Origin: Mobula hypostoma
Taxonomy: Eukaryota
Reading direction: 5' to 3'
Length of the DNA stretch: 64,000 nt
NCBI RefSeq assembly: GCF_963921235.1
Contig: NC_086097.1
Coordinates: 240,438,001-240,502,000, forward strand
The notes under the pieces were generated by a model. That model was not told the origin of the DNA, searched no databases, and saw nothing but the letters and a program-made list of their open reading frames with translations. The position numbers and the translations under genes were made by a program. Shown here piece by piece: positions 25,473 to 38,146 of this stretch (position 1 is the first letter of the stretch; every line of letters starts with the position of its first letter).

Positions 25473-27871
25473 GTTGGATGATCAGCCATGATCATAATAA
25501 ATGGCGGTGCAGGCTCGAAGGGCCGAATGGCCTACTCCTGCACCCATTTTCTATGTTTCTATGTACCTATCTAAGAGTCTCTTAATAGACCCTATAGTCT
25601 CTTAATAGACACCTCCACCACCATTGCTGGCAGTGCATTTCAAGCAGCCACCACTTACTGTGTGAAAAATTTATCCCTGACATCCCCTCTGTACTTACTT
25701 CCAGGCACCTTAAAACTATGCCCCCTCGTGTTCGTCATTTCAGCCCTGGGGAAAAAGCCTCTGGCTATCCACATGATCAATGCCTCTCATCATCTTATAC
25801 ACGTCTCATCCTCCGGTCCACTTTCATCCTACGTCGCTCCAAGGAGAAAAGGCCAAATTCACTCAACCTATTCTCATAAGGCACGCTCTGCAATCCAGAC
25901 AACATCCTTGTAAAAATATTCTCCACTTTTCCTATAGTATCCACATCCTTCCTGTAGTGAGATGACCAGAACTGAACACAGTACTCCAAGTGGGGTCTGA
26001 CCAAGGTCTTATATAGGTGTAACGTTACCTCACAGCTCCTGAACTCAATCCCACAATCGATAAATGCTAACACACCATTTGTCCTCTTAACAACACTGTC
26101 AACCTGCACAGCAGCTTTGACTGTCTTATTGACATAGACCTCAAGATCTCTTTGATCCTCCACACTGCCATTAATACTATATTCTGTCTTCAAATTTGAC
26201 CTATCAAAATGAACCACATCACGCTTATCTGGGTTGAACTCCATCTGCCACTTTTCAGCCCAGTTCTTCATTCTATTGATGTCCCACTGTAACATCTGAC
26301 AACCCTCCAGACTATCCAAAACACCCCCAACCTTTGTGTCATCAGTAAACTTATTAACCCACCCTTCTACTTCTTCATCCATGTCATTTATAAAAATCAC
26401 AAAGAGGAAGGGTCCCAGAACAGATCCCTGTGGAACACCACTGGTCACCAACCTCCATGCAGAATACCAAACATCTATAACCATCCTTTGCCATCGGTGG
26501 GCATGCCAATTCTGGATCCACAAAGCAAGGATCCCATGCCCCCTTACCCTCTGAATGAACCTTGCCTGGGGAATCTTATCATATGCCTTACTGAAATCCA
26601 TATACACAACATCGCGCTAACCGCCATTCTACTGTGGCGCCCTCACTTATAGTAATCTTTTATGTATTGTATACTGTGCTGCTGCTGCAAAGAATCAAAG
26701 TTCATGATATGTCAATGATAATAAACCGGATTTTAATTCTGTTACTTCCAAAGTTAACTCGTCAATAGAGGCCTTACATGCAAATGCGTTCTTCGTTATC
26801 ATCACTGGCTGCAGTGTTGCACAGAGCACCTTTCTGGCTGTAACACTGCGCACACATTTCCTTGCCTCCAAGCAAGTCATGGCCTATAGTTCTTCATGTC
26901 AGTCATATTCTACTTGCTTCTACAAATTGTTTCCAGGTGTCCAATTTTATTACAAATACAAAAGCAGGCTGATTTAACTTGGTGGGAAACAGCTTCTTGG
27001 CTTCTCTGACATCAATTACAGGCCTCCTGCCTTTTGCAATCATATCCCCTGCAGGGTTCCCACCCCTTAGGTTCCCATGGCAGCTGTTTCTCCCCAAAAC
27101 TGCCACATGACAAGCTCCCAAAGGAAAAAGAATATGGCAGAGGCCACTGTTGCTGCCCCATTGATTTTTTTCCACATCTCCACCATAAGCTGCTGAAACT
27201 CTTCCACATTTTTCAGTGCTCTTTTCATTAAAATGTAAGCTCTTTTTTTTAGAAAATTCTACTATTGAAGGGTTTGAACTGTCTTCTCTCTTCAGTTGTT
27301 TGCCGCACTAATCTTTGAAATGTGTTGAAGTAACACTCTCTTGTTTAGTCAGTGGTGTGTTTGTGCTCATTTTATACTAGCTGCAAGGAATACTTGTTCC
27401 ACCAGGTGTTTGCAAACTTGCAAACTCACCTGTCTTCTTTTCTGTTACTTGGACAGTCATATGTAGAGCATCGTAATTATTTCTATTCTATTCTATGGCC
27501 TCACTTTCAAAGACTCCTCATCTCATGTTCTCAATATTTAAAGTCTATTTATTTATTATTATTATTGCTTTTTGTGATGGAGAGCACTCGATAAACACAC
27601 TCCTTACACACTCATACAGACTAAGTATGTGAGCTCCAGTGTCTTCCCCGGTATATTCTCAAATAGGTTCTAAACCAAGATAATGCATGTGGATTGGCTT
27701 TATTGTGCCACACACAGTGGAATGTTCCATTTCACTAGTAATGAGGATGTGTAAATGTGTATATGTTGTTTGGATATCATAGACAGAGGCAGGGTCATGA
27801 TGGCACTAAATTGCAACTCCTTCGTGTTCACTTACAAAAACAGCTCAATTTCTACCTTTGATGTCTCTCCT

Positions 27872-29001
27872 TGTCACAACAGAGTGCTGGGAACAGACCC
27901 AAATGCAAGACAGACACTGAAGTACAAGGAACAGGACTTGACTAGAGTAGGGACATGCCAGGATTAAGGCAAGGAGCAGGGACAAGAACGCAGACTTGGG
28001 CTAGGGAAAGCAGGACCAGGACTAGGAACCATGGACTAGGAGACAAGGCTTGGACTCCAAGCCAGAGACTGGAAAAGGACCCAGAACCTGGGTCTTGCCT
28101 CTGGCTCGGACCCCAGAACCAGGCAAGGACATGACATGGCTTCAGGACAGGATGTGGCTGGGGTCTAGAGGACTGAGCTTGGAGACAGGCTGGGGTCTTA
28201 GCTCTTGAGGCTTGAGTTCTTGGGTCTTGAGCTTGGCTGCAGGATCCTCGAGGCTTGGGTTCTTGGAGCTCAGAGTCAGACAGGGAACTGAACATCAACA
28301 TAGAGCCAGGACTCAACTTCATCTCCACACCAAGGTGGGAGAAGTCTCTCCATCAGGTAATAGCAGAACAGCCAGACTTACCCAACAGAGTCAAGGACAG
28401 GACAGGACAAGACAAAAGAGAAGACAGGACCCCCCCACCACCACCACCACCACCACCACCACCACCACCACCACCACCACCACCACAGGGCAACAGCAAA
28501 ACAGCCTGGCTTTGTGGGGTAAGCCCACAAGGATAAGAAGAAGCAAACACCAAAGAATGACATACAGTTCTATCTCTGCTCCAGGGAAGCTCCAAGTCTC
28601 AGTTCAGCCAGCAACCTCAGCTGGCTACAGAAACAGCCAGCTCCCTACCTAGCTCAGAGTGGCTGGCAGCCATTCAGCTGTCCCAGGAAACAGCCAAATC
28701 CATACCACAAAGACTACTCCAACAGTGGCAACAAGGCTCCATGAAGCAGTGGTCCTCCAACCAGGCCTAGAGATCACAAATGGTTTCTCTAGCCTTCCAT
28801 CAGCAGGTTGCTCTAAGGAGGACTGACAAGACAAACCAGCCACCCACACTCACTCCCAAGGCTACTTATATTGCAAGCCCAAAGATGGGAATCAGGTGCC
28901 TATGATTAACTCAAACAAGGGACAGCTGGAAGACCTGGAGTCCTGAGTACACGGACTGGACCGTGAACCGCAATGCAGACTTCACGGACCAGACCATAAC
29001 A
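27872..29001 (-). mobile_element. Solo LTR (1130 bp)
   Basis: TGTCAC...ATAACA termini, 5-bp TSD CTCCT (27867-27871 and 29002-29006), and a TATA-like 'aatataag' on the minus strand near 28865-28872. Confidence 0.8.
28435..28485. repeat. (CCA)n microsatellite, about 17 units
   Basis: Read directly. It explains the poly-P/T/G/W ORFs in the track. Confidence 0.95.
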
Positions 29002-30062
29002 CTCCTTTTCCCTTTCCGGGTGGATGGGGTTCTGCTGAAGAACCTGACCTTGAGTTACACTAAAACTTTGGTTTTTTGCAGTGGTGGGACCCGCTCCCAG
29101 TGGCTCATGACTGCACACTTTTGAATATCCCAAGGATGCAGTCTGGAAGATGAGCGCACATTTGGGGTTACGAAGTCTCACGGCCCTGTGGACAGGCTGA
29201 TTCTAAGCCAGTGCTGCCAACTGAAGTGTCACGGGAGAGAACAGAACATCAGGAGCAGTGGATCGGCTGTCAGAGGCTGTGAACTTGGCGAGTTGTTCTC
29301 TCTCTCTCTCGCTCTCACTGGTGGGTGAGAGATTGTTGCAGCGCGACAGACGTTCAACACCATAAATCAGTGAGTTATCTTGTTATGACTCCCCTCTCGC
29401 TGTGAAAAGGGACACCCCTTTTTCCCAAATATTAGGGAGAGAGAGAAAGTCTGTGGCATGTTGAATTGTCAGGTAAACAATTATTTTTAGTTGTACGATA
29501 AATCATGGCCTTTCTTGGGGGCCTTGCTACTGCTTGTTTGGTGGGTGGAGGTGGGTGCTGACGCTTATTTGCAAAAGTGGGTGGGGGTGGGGGGTGGTCA
29601 AGGCTTTGCTGCTGTTTGTGCGTGGGAGGGGGGATTAAGGGGGGCTTTGGGGTTCTCACGTTTTAACTGCCATTCATTCTTTGGAGAACTCTTCTGTTTT
29701 TGTGGATGTTTGTAAAGAAAAAGAGTTTCAGGATGTATATTGTATACATTTCTCTGATATTAAATAGAACTATTGAACTATAATCTACTTAAGGTCGATA
29801 TTTCTGTTTATTTTGTAATATGATTGTAACTACATTGTGCAGTGAATCATATTCTAATTCAAGTGTTGTCTTAAATTAACTTGGTTGGCAATTAAAGATG
29901 GTATGTCCTAGTGGTTTAACAAAACGGATCTCCTCATGTTCAGTCAGGTGGAGAGATAGGGGCTGCCAGGAGTTTGCACTGGACAAAAATAGTGCAAAGC
30001 TATTACCGTGTTTTCTGCAAGATATCTTTTTGTAAATATTGACAGTTTTCTTTTCACTATTT

Positions 30063-30679
30063 TAGAAACACAGAAACACAGAAACCCTACAGCACAATAC
30101 AGGCCCTTCGGCCCACAATGCTGTGCCGAACATGTCCTTACTTTAGAAATTACCTAGGGTTACCCATAGCCCTCTATTCTTCTAAGCTCCATGTATCCAT
30201 CCGGGAGTCTCTTAAAAGACCCTATTGTATCCGCCTCCACCACTGTCACCAGCAGCCCATTCCATGCACTCACCACTCTCTGCGTAAAAAATTTACCCCT
30301 GACATCTCCTCTCTACCTACTTCCAAGCACCTTAAAACTGTGCCCTCTCGTGCTAGCCATTTCAGCCCTAGGAAAAAGCCTCTGACTATCCACATGATCA
30401 ATACCTCTCATTGTCTTATACATCTCTATCAGGTCACCTCTCATGCTCCGTTTCTCCTAGGAGAAAAGGCTGAGTTCACTCAACCTATTCTCATAAGGCA
30501 TGCTCCCCAATCCAGGCAACATCCTTGTAAATCTCCTCTGCACCCTTTCTATGTTTTCCACATCCTTCCTGTAGTGAGGCGACCAGAACTGAGCACAGTA
30601 CTCCAAGTGGGGTCTGACCTGGGTTCTATATAGCTGCAACATTACCTCTCTCCTCCTAATCTCAATCTCATGATTGATG
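30063..30679 (-). mobile_element. CR1 3' fragment, continuing briefly after 31178
   Basis: (cacagaaa) tail and RPHLEYCAQFWSPHYRKDVENIERVQRRFTRMLPG. Confidence 0.85.
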
Positions 30680-31174
30680 AGTCTGTGGTGGCCAGTGCTA
30701 TCATGTTTGCTGTTGTGTACTGGGGCAGCAGGCTGAGGGTAGCAGACACCAACAGAATCAACAAACTCATTCGTAAGGCCAGTGATGTTGTGGGGATGGA
30801 ACTGGACTCTCTCACGATAGTGTCTGAAAAGAGGATGCTGTCCAAGTTGCATGCCATCTTGGACAATGTCTCCCATCCACTACATAATGTACTGGTTGGG
30901 CACGGAGTACATTCAGCCAGAGACTCATTCCACTGAGATGCAGCACAGAGCATCATAGGAAGTCATTCCTGCCTGTGGCCATCAAATTTTACAACTCCTC
31001 CCTTGGAGGGTCGGACACCCTGAGCCAATAGGCTGGTCCTGGACTTATTTCCTGGCATAATTTACATATTACTATTTAATTATTTATGGTTTATTACTAT
31101 TTAATTATTTATGGTGCAACTATAACGAAAGCAATTTCCTTCAGGATCAATAAAGTATGACTATGACTATGACT
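30680..31174 (+). mobile_element. Rex/Babar-type 3' fragment inserted in CR1
   Basis: SVVASAIMFAVVYWGS...ILDNVSHPLH, (tatgac)n tail, ATGA duplicated at both junctions. Very similar to 48043-48462. Confidence 0.75.
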
Positions 31175-31929
31175 ATGAAGGCCAATACACTGTATTTTCT
31201 TTAATCATATCCCAGATTTCACTGATTCTGTTATGGTTATTATTCTATTATGGATGCCCACAAGACAATTAATGCCCACAAGACAATTAATCTCAGGAAA
31301 TTATGTGGTGACATATATTTAAATACATATCCCTCATATCCCTCAGGTACATGGAGCCTAGAAAAATAGTGGGCTATGCGCTAGGGAAATTCCAGGCAGT
31401 TTCTAGAGTAGGTTACATGGTCGGCACAACATTGTGGGTCGAAGGGCCTGTAATGTGCTGTAGATTTCTAAGTTCTATATGTTCTATATAGATCCTATCA
31501 CATACATTCTCAGGGTGGTTTGTGATGACATATGGATTTTGATAAGAAAGTTACTTTTAACTTTGAACTTTAGAATCTTACATAAAATTAATGTGACTAA
31601 GAGCATCAAGTAAATATAAAATGAACAGCAAGCATGGTGCAACAATCTGATAAGATATTAGCATGCAACACAAACTCTTAAAGTAGTGAGGACCCACCAA
31701 CCTAACGAACTAATAAAGAGACACCACATGTTCTGTATCCAGACTTAGATAGTGATTACACCATATTATTCATATTATTGTTGAACGAAAATAATTAAAG
31801 CTGACAGATAAGCGTGTTTACCAAATCCTATGCTTGCAAGTGTCTTGCATTATTAGAAAGGTTATGCGTCATTACACAGAAGCCTGGTCAATCCATTTCT
31901 AATACAGCATAGGAATTCAAAGAAAAACA

Positions 31930-32750
31930 ATATTAAAACTCCTTTTCTAAAGTAAATTGTGGTAAACTATCACTGGAAATGTTGAAGAGGTGAGCGAGGG
32001 TGAAGCGACTTCGAGGGATGAGCCATGCTGGTGTGTTGCAATCTCGATGCAGGTGGGGTTGGAGTGAGCAATTTAAAGAGGAGGAGTTGAGGCAGAGGAG
32101 TGTTGATGCCCGTCCAGCTAACCTGGGTGTGAGGTTGGATTGCTCTAAGCACCAAGCCAATTTGGAGAGGTCAAGAATGGTTACGGGCTGGATGGTGGAA
32201 TCCAGGCCCCGGGCAAATCACTGGGTGGTGTGGTCTAGGCCCGAAACATTTCAGTATGGTGGGGCCCAGCTCCTAATGCGAGACCCGATCTGCTGTTTGG
32301 ACAATTTAAGCGCCATCCAGATAGACTGGAAAGGCAGGGAGTCTGGACTAGAGGTGCGAGTCAGGCCAATTTCGTTTGCTCTCCCATGATGTTTACTCCA
32401 CTCTCTGCGATGCTGAGGTGGTGATATTACCCTGGCTACTGTGCTTTATGTCTGTGAGCTTTGTGACGCTTTGCCCTGCTAATATGATAATCTCAGACCG
32501 AGACGTAGGCCTGCTCCGGTTGCCCCGGGGATTCTGATCTACGGATTTAGTTTGGTTCGGAATGCTGTTGCTCATTTCTGTTGTTTGCATGATTTGTATT
32601 TTTTTCTCTTTCTCTGCACATTGGGTGTTTGCCTTTTTTTTTAACTGGGTTCCTTTGAGTTTCTTGCTTTGTGGCTGCCTGTAAGCAGACAAATCTCAAT
32701 GTTGTATAATTTATACATTCTTTGATAATAAATGTACTTTGAATCTTTGA
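31930..32750 (+). mobile_element. Non-autonomous non-coding retroposon, copy 1
   Basis: Co-linear with 39470-40360 at both ends. Tail 'ataataaatgtactttgaatctttga'. Confidence 0.6.
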
Positions 32751-32834
32751 GCATAGAACACTGCAGTAGAATGCAGGATCTTCAGCCTATGATGTAGTGC
32801 CAATCTTATAATCTTCTCTAATGTTGATCTAACC

Positions 32835-32899
32835 CAGGGGTTCCCTACCTTTTTAATGCCATGGACAATACCATTAATTAATACCATTGGGAACCCTTG
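32835..32899. mobile_element. 65-bp hAT-type MITE
   Basis: TIRs CAGGGGTTCCC / GGGAACCCTTG and 8-bp TSD ATCTAACC (32827-32834 and 32900-32907). Confidence 0.8.
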
Positions 32900-32934
32900 A
32901 TCTAACCCTACTCTCCCACGAAGCCCACCATTTT

Positions 32935-33350
32935 AGACAATAGAGAATAGACAACAGACAATAGGTGTAGGAGTAGGCCATTTGGCCCTTCGAGCCAGCA
33001 CCGCCATTCACTGTGATCTTAGCTGATCATTAACAATCAGTATCCAGTTCCTGCTTTATCCACATAACCTTTGATTCCGCTATCTTTAAGAGCTCTATCC
33101 ATCTCTTTCTTGAAAGCATCCAGAGACTTGACCTCCATAGCCTTCTGGGACAGAGCATTCTATACATCCACCACTCTCTGGGTGAAAAAGTTTTTCCTCA
33201 ACTCTGTTCTAGATAGCCTACCCCTTATTCTTAAACTGTGGCCTCTGGTTCTGGACTCACCCATCAGCGGGAACATGCTTCCTGCCTCCAGCGTGTCCAA
33301 TCCCTTAATAATCTTATATGTTGCAATAAGATCCCCTCTCAGTCTTCTAA
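32935..33350 (-). mobile_element. CR1 3' fragment
   Basis: FRRLRGDLIATYKIIKGLD...NFFTQRVV, with an (agacaat)n tail. Confidence 0.85.
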
Positions 33351-33389
33351 ATTTTCCTATCATCCGTGTGCCTATCTAAGAGTCTCTGA

Positions 33390-33592
33390 AAAAAATTCTG
33401 ACGGAACTCAACAAGTCAGACAGCAGCATCTATGGAAGGGCATAGGAGACAACATTTTGGACCGATGAAGGGTCTCAGCCTGACAGATCGATTCCTTAGT
33501 TCTTTCCATAGATGCTGCCTGACTTGCTGAGTTCCTCCAGCATGTTGTGTGTGTTCCTCTGGATTCCTATCATCTGCAGAATCTCCTGTGTC
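33390..33592. mobile_element. Palindromic Penelope pLTR-derived element
   Basis: Arms 33403-33439 and 33502-33535 are imperfect reverse complements, with a hammerhead remnant between them. Confidence 0.65.
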
Positions 33593-34689
33593 TTAAAAAC
33601 TCTGTAACCTCCCTAATGCATCTGCCCCTACCACTACCCCTGTCAACATGTCCCACGCACCCACCGCTCTCTGAGTAAAAAACCTACCTCTGACATCTCT
33701 GACATCTCCCACCTTCATACCTATTCATTTTGGTAATGATAGTCAGTCATTAATGTCATGCTTTGATAGTGAGGATTCAAGGGGAGTGAGCCAATGGTCT
33801 CTGTGTGCTGGCATGTTTATTGTTTCATTCTGCATATTCGGTTCTATCAACTGCAAGGAAACAGAATCAGGTTTATTTATCTCTGACAAATGTTGTGAAA
33901 GATGTTGTCTTGTGGAGGGAATACAGTGCAATCCATAACATAAAATGCTCTCTCCCCCTCTCTCGTTGCTGTCAGAGGATTATGTTGATGTCCATAAGCA
34001 AGGTTTAATCGACGCAGTTTGTGGAACGGACTCAGTGATCCATGTTATGATATGTTTCTGGACACTTATTTTGTTTTTGCTGCTGCTTTGTGTGATTTTG
34101 ATCTGGGTGGACGAGTATTGCAGCCTGCAGATAGCGGGAGATGCAGCGCTGGATTGAACTGAACTGGGCTGAACTGAATACACCTGGACTTTCGTGATGT
34201 CTTTGTGATTTGGTGCTTTGTATTGTGTGTTTTCCATTTTGGGTCTTTCTCTCTTGCCATTTACGTGATTTGTGCTTTGTTTTGCGCATTGGGGGTTTAA
34301 TGGTTCTGTGGTTTTCTTTGTTTCCCAGCTGTCTGTGGTAAAGACGAATCTCATGGTTGTATACTGCATACGTACCTTGATAAAAAATGTACCTTGAATT
34401 TTTGAATATTTCTTATCTTACAATAAGAAATACATATTAAAAGAAATAAAAAGTAGTGCAAAATGAGAGCAAAAATAGTGACGTAGTGTTCATGCGTTCA
34501 TGAACCATTCAGAAATCTGACAGCGGAGTGAAAAAGCTGTCTTCTGTACCTCCTCCTTGATTTTTTAATTTAATCTCTATTACAAGCTAATTATATATTT
34601 CATAAAGTCATGACTTCAAATTAGGCGACGTGAATTATTTCATAACATGGGAAAAGCTGAAGTGGAGATCCACAATGATGATGAACAAA

Positions 34690-35180
34690 CCATAAGACCA
34701 TAAGACATAGATCAGAATTAGGCCATTTGGCCCATCAAGTCTGTTCTGTCATTCTATTATAGCTGATTTATTATCTCTGTTCTCCTCTCTTCTCTTTTGA
34801 CGCCCTTATGAATCAAGAATCAATCATCCTCCGCTGGAAGTGTGCTAAATGACTTGGCCTCCACAACAGTCTGTGGCAATGAATTCCACAGATTCACCAC
34901 TCTCTGGCTAGAAAAATTCCTCCTCATCTCTGTTCTAAAGGAACAGCTTTGTATTCTGAGGCTGTGCCCTTTGGTCCTAGACTCCCTCACTATAGGAAAC
35001 ATCCTCTCATGTGCACTCTGTCTAACCCTCTCAATGTTTGATAGGTTTCAGTGATAGCCCCCTCATTCTTCTGTACTCCAGTGAGTACAGGCCTAGAGCC
35101 ACCCAACTCTCCTTGTACGTTAACCCTTTCATTCCTAGGATCATTCTCATGAACCTCCTCTGGACCCTCTCCAATGCCTC
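34690..35180 (-). mobile_element. CR1 3' fragment
   Basis: FPIVRESRTKGHSLRI...SQRVVNLWNSLP, with a (ccataaga) tail. Confidence 0.8.
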
Positions 35181-35199
35181 CTTTCTTGTGTGTGTGTGA

Positions 35200-38146
35200 C
35201 TTTCTGGTGCCCAAATGGCAGCACTAACCAGAGACTGTCACAGCTGCTTAATGCTAATGAGAAGGTGTTTGGGAAGGGTGCAAGTAAAGTCAAAATCATG
35301 AATGCCAGAATTGAACTGGATGCAGTAGCGAACTCCAAGATTCCACAAATGTGCATCCAGTACACTATACGCGGGGTTAAAGTAGATGCTAAACTTCAAG
35401 AGCTTCGAGACACCTAGAATTCTCTCAAAGGTGGAGTAGAGCGATTGGACTACACCCATTGTACCAATGGTCAAGGAAGGGAAGGCTAGAGACATTTCCT
35501 TATGTGGGGATTTCAAAGTGAGCATCAACCCAGTGCTGTGTACTATTCAGCATCCGCTGCCATGAATCGAAGACACTTTTGCATCTTTGGCAGGTAGGGA
35601 GAGGTTTTCAAATATTGACTTGTCACAAGCCTATCTGCAAATGGAGACTGAGGAGACAAGCAGGAAGTTTCTCACAATCAACACTCACACTGGACTGTTC
35701 CATTATAATTGTCTCATCTTTGGCATCGCATCAGCTCCAGCAATTTGGCAGACAGCAATGGACCAAGTGCTCCAAGGTATCCCAGGAACACAATGATAAC
35801 TTGATGGCATCATCGTGACTGGCAAGAATGATGAAGGGCATTTCCAGGACCTTGGGAAAGTGCTTACCAGCGGAGTGAGTATGTCTGCATGCAAAGAGAG
35901 AGAGAGAGAGATGTGAGTTTTTTCAAGAATGAAATCTCATATTGTGGACATGTCATTGACAAACGTGACTTACATAAGTCACAAGAGAAGATTGAAGCAG
36001 TGCTACAGGCACCCAAGCCCAAAAAATGTCACAACTTAGGTCATACTTGGGCCTTGTAAATTACTACCACTGGTTTCGCCCAAACATTGCTACAGTGCTG
36101 CATCTATTGAACGCACTGTTACAGACAGGAGCAAAGCGGGAATGGACAGAAAGATGTCCATTTACAGAATTGAAGCTGTTTTGACACACATTATGAAAGG
36201 TGGATCTGAACACCCAACTGCGTTTGCTTCAAAATCACTGACAAGCACAGAAGCAACTATGCACAGATTGATTGAGCAGCCCCTAGTCTAGCACGGGGAA
36301 TAAAGAAGTCCCACCAGTACCTCTATGGGCAGAAGTTTACGCTAGTGACAGATCACCAGCTCCTTATGTCCATTTTCAATTCCAGGAAGGGAATTCCAGT
36401 GATGACCGCTACCCAGTTCCTAGGAGCCCACTCTTCTGACATAGAGTTCAAAGGTACCAAAACAGCAATGCTGGTGTCTTGGTGCATCTTCCACTGTTGG
36501 CAACCAAAAAGTCTTCATACGGTGACCCAGCAGAATTGTTCCACACAGCATTGGTGGACCAGTTGCTGGTAACAAATTCAGAAATACAAAGAAAAGTCTA
36601 TGAAATCACCATGCAAGGACGGCCAACTCATGGTAACCGTGAGTTTCTAGAGTTCTCAATGAGATGAGACCAACCGTCGTATGTCAAGGCACTCTGATGT
36701 GGGGTTCTCGTGTTGTGGTTCCCTGTGAACTGTGCACCAGAGTGTTAGAGAGTCTGCATGAAAGACATCTGGGTACAGTCAAGATGAAGAGTCTCGCCCG
36801 GAGCTACGTGTGCTGGCCAGGAATGCATAAACCAATCGAAGTCTTGGCCAAAAGCTGTTCGGGATGCAAAAAGTTCAAAATGCACTACCACAGTCACCGT
36901 TACACCCATGGGAGTGGCTGTCAGCGCCACGGTAAAGAGTAAATATTGACTTTGCTGAGCCATTCATGGATTCCTTGTTTTTGATTGCTGTGGATGATCA
37001 TCCAAAGTGGGCGGGGGTCATACCAATGAAGTCAACCATATCAGAAAAGATTATTTCCATATCAATGACTCTCTTCAACAGAAATGGTTTACCTGAACAA
37101 ATTGTAAGTGACAACAGACCACAATACACTTCAGAAGAACTCTGACTCTTCCTGAAGAAAAAATGGAATCAAACATTTCAGTCAGCTCCTCACCAACCAG
37201 CAATGAATGGGTTAGCTGAAAGGTTTATCGAAACGTTCAAGAAGTCCGTTAAACTTATGGACAAGGAGCACATTTCTTGACATCATCACAAGGTGGACAA
37301 CTTCCTTTTTGTGTATCGGAACTCTATTCATGCAATGACAAATCAAGCACCTGAAATGCTGTTCATGAGCAGGAATCTGTGATCGCACATGGACCTCCTG
37401 AAACCAGATCTGTGGAGGGAAGTGCAGAATAAACAGCTCAATCAGTTGCCATGTGAATCAGCAAGGTGCTTCGAGATTGGGCAGGAAGTCTTAACGCATG
37501 ATTACCGGGAAAACAAGTGGACACCTGGTAGGATAGCTACAAGACCTAGACCCTGATGTACACAGTGGATGTTGGAGATCAAACATGGAGACATCATGTG
37601 GATCAGATATTGGAGGCTCAACCGAAAAACACACCTGAGTCGATTGCATCCATCAAGTTGGACACATTACAGCCACCGGATTTATCTCCCAGTGATGATC
37701 ATGTCACTGACAGCAACGTGATACAGGAAACCAAGAACATGGTCTTAGACAAGGCACCAACCAAACCTAATGCCACTCCACAGGTCCAGAGGCACTGTCC
37801 TGAAAGATATAGAGCACCAAAAGACCAAATCTTTACAACATAAAAGTTAGCTATGGACTGTTATTGTGAAAGCATGTTTATTTGAATACGGTTTGTGAAA
37901 GGGAAATTGAATGTTTTGTACATACACAGTTTTATGTTGTATTAATCTAAATGGCGAGGAGCTGTAATGTATGGATCTATTTCTTTCAGAGCAATGACTC
38001 CCCTTAGCACTACGTATGATCTGTTGTCTACGCATGCACATTATTCTTTCTCTCTCTCTCGCTGCAATGTGAATACATCAGTTAAAACCATCTCCTGCAT
38101 GCGTGCTTTTATTTAATCGATATATAGTTGCATAGGCACAACAACA
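35200..38146 (+). mobile_element. Degenerate Ty3/Gypsy (Mag-like) element: RT-RH-IN remnants and 3' LTR; 5' half missing
   Basis: IDLSQAYLQM, INTHTGLF...FGIASAPAIWQTAMDQVLQG, TDHQLL, LHERHLGTVKMKSLARSYVCWPG, WRHHVDQI. Purine tract 'aaatggcgaggagc', then TGTAAT(37963)...ACAACA(38146). Confidence 0.85.

Larger units (their letters stand above)
21658..25560 (+). mobile_element. Near full-length young CR1 LINE (lacks the 5' end)
   Basis: ORF1 plus ORF2 plus (ctatgttt) tail. TSD ATGTACC at 21651-21657 and 25561-25567. Confidence 0.95.
21558..26612 (-). mobile_element. CR1 LINE (host copy), split by a younger CR1 at 21658-25560
   Basis: (catagaa) tail at 21560-21577 and RT ORF 25795-26607 (YMDFSKAYD...SGVPQGSVLGP...KFTDDTK). 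The sequence rejoins as 'ctaagctccatgtacc|tatctaagagtctc'. Confidence 0.85.
27795..29780 (+). mobile_element. Non-coding retroposon-like repeat interrupted by the solo LTR
   Basis: Starts 'tcatgatggcactaaattgcaactcc' and ends 'ttgtatacatttctctgatattaaatagaactattgaac', a tail similar to those at 32750, 34405 and 40360. Confidence 0.4.

Noticed and set aside
28212..28652. Poly-Pro/Thr/Gly/Trp ORFs
   Set aside because: They are translations of the (CCA)n microsatellite inside a solo LTR.
31255..31291. 18-bp tandem duplication TGCCCACAAGACAATTAA
   Set aside because: Local slippage within a decayed LINE tail; no further significance seen.
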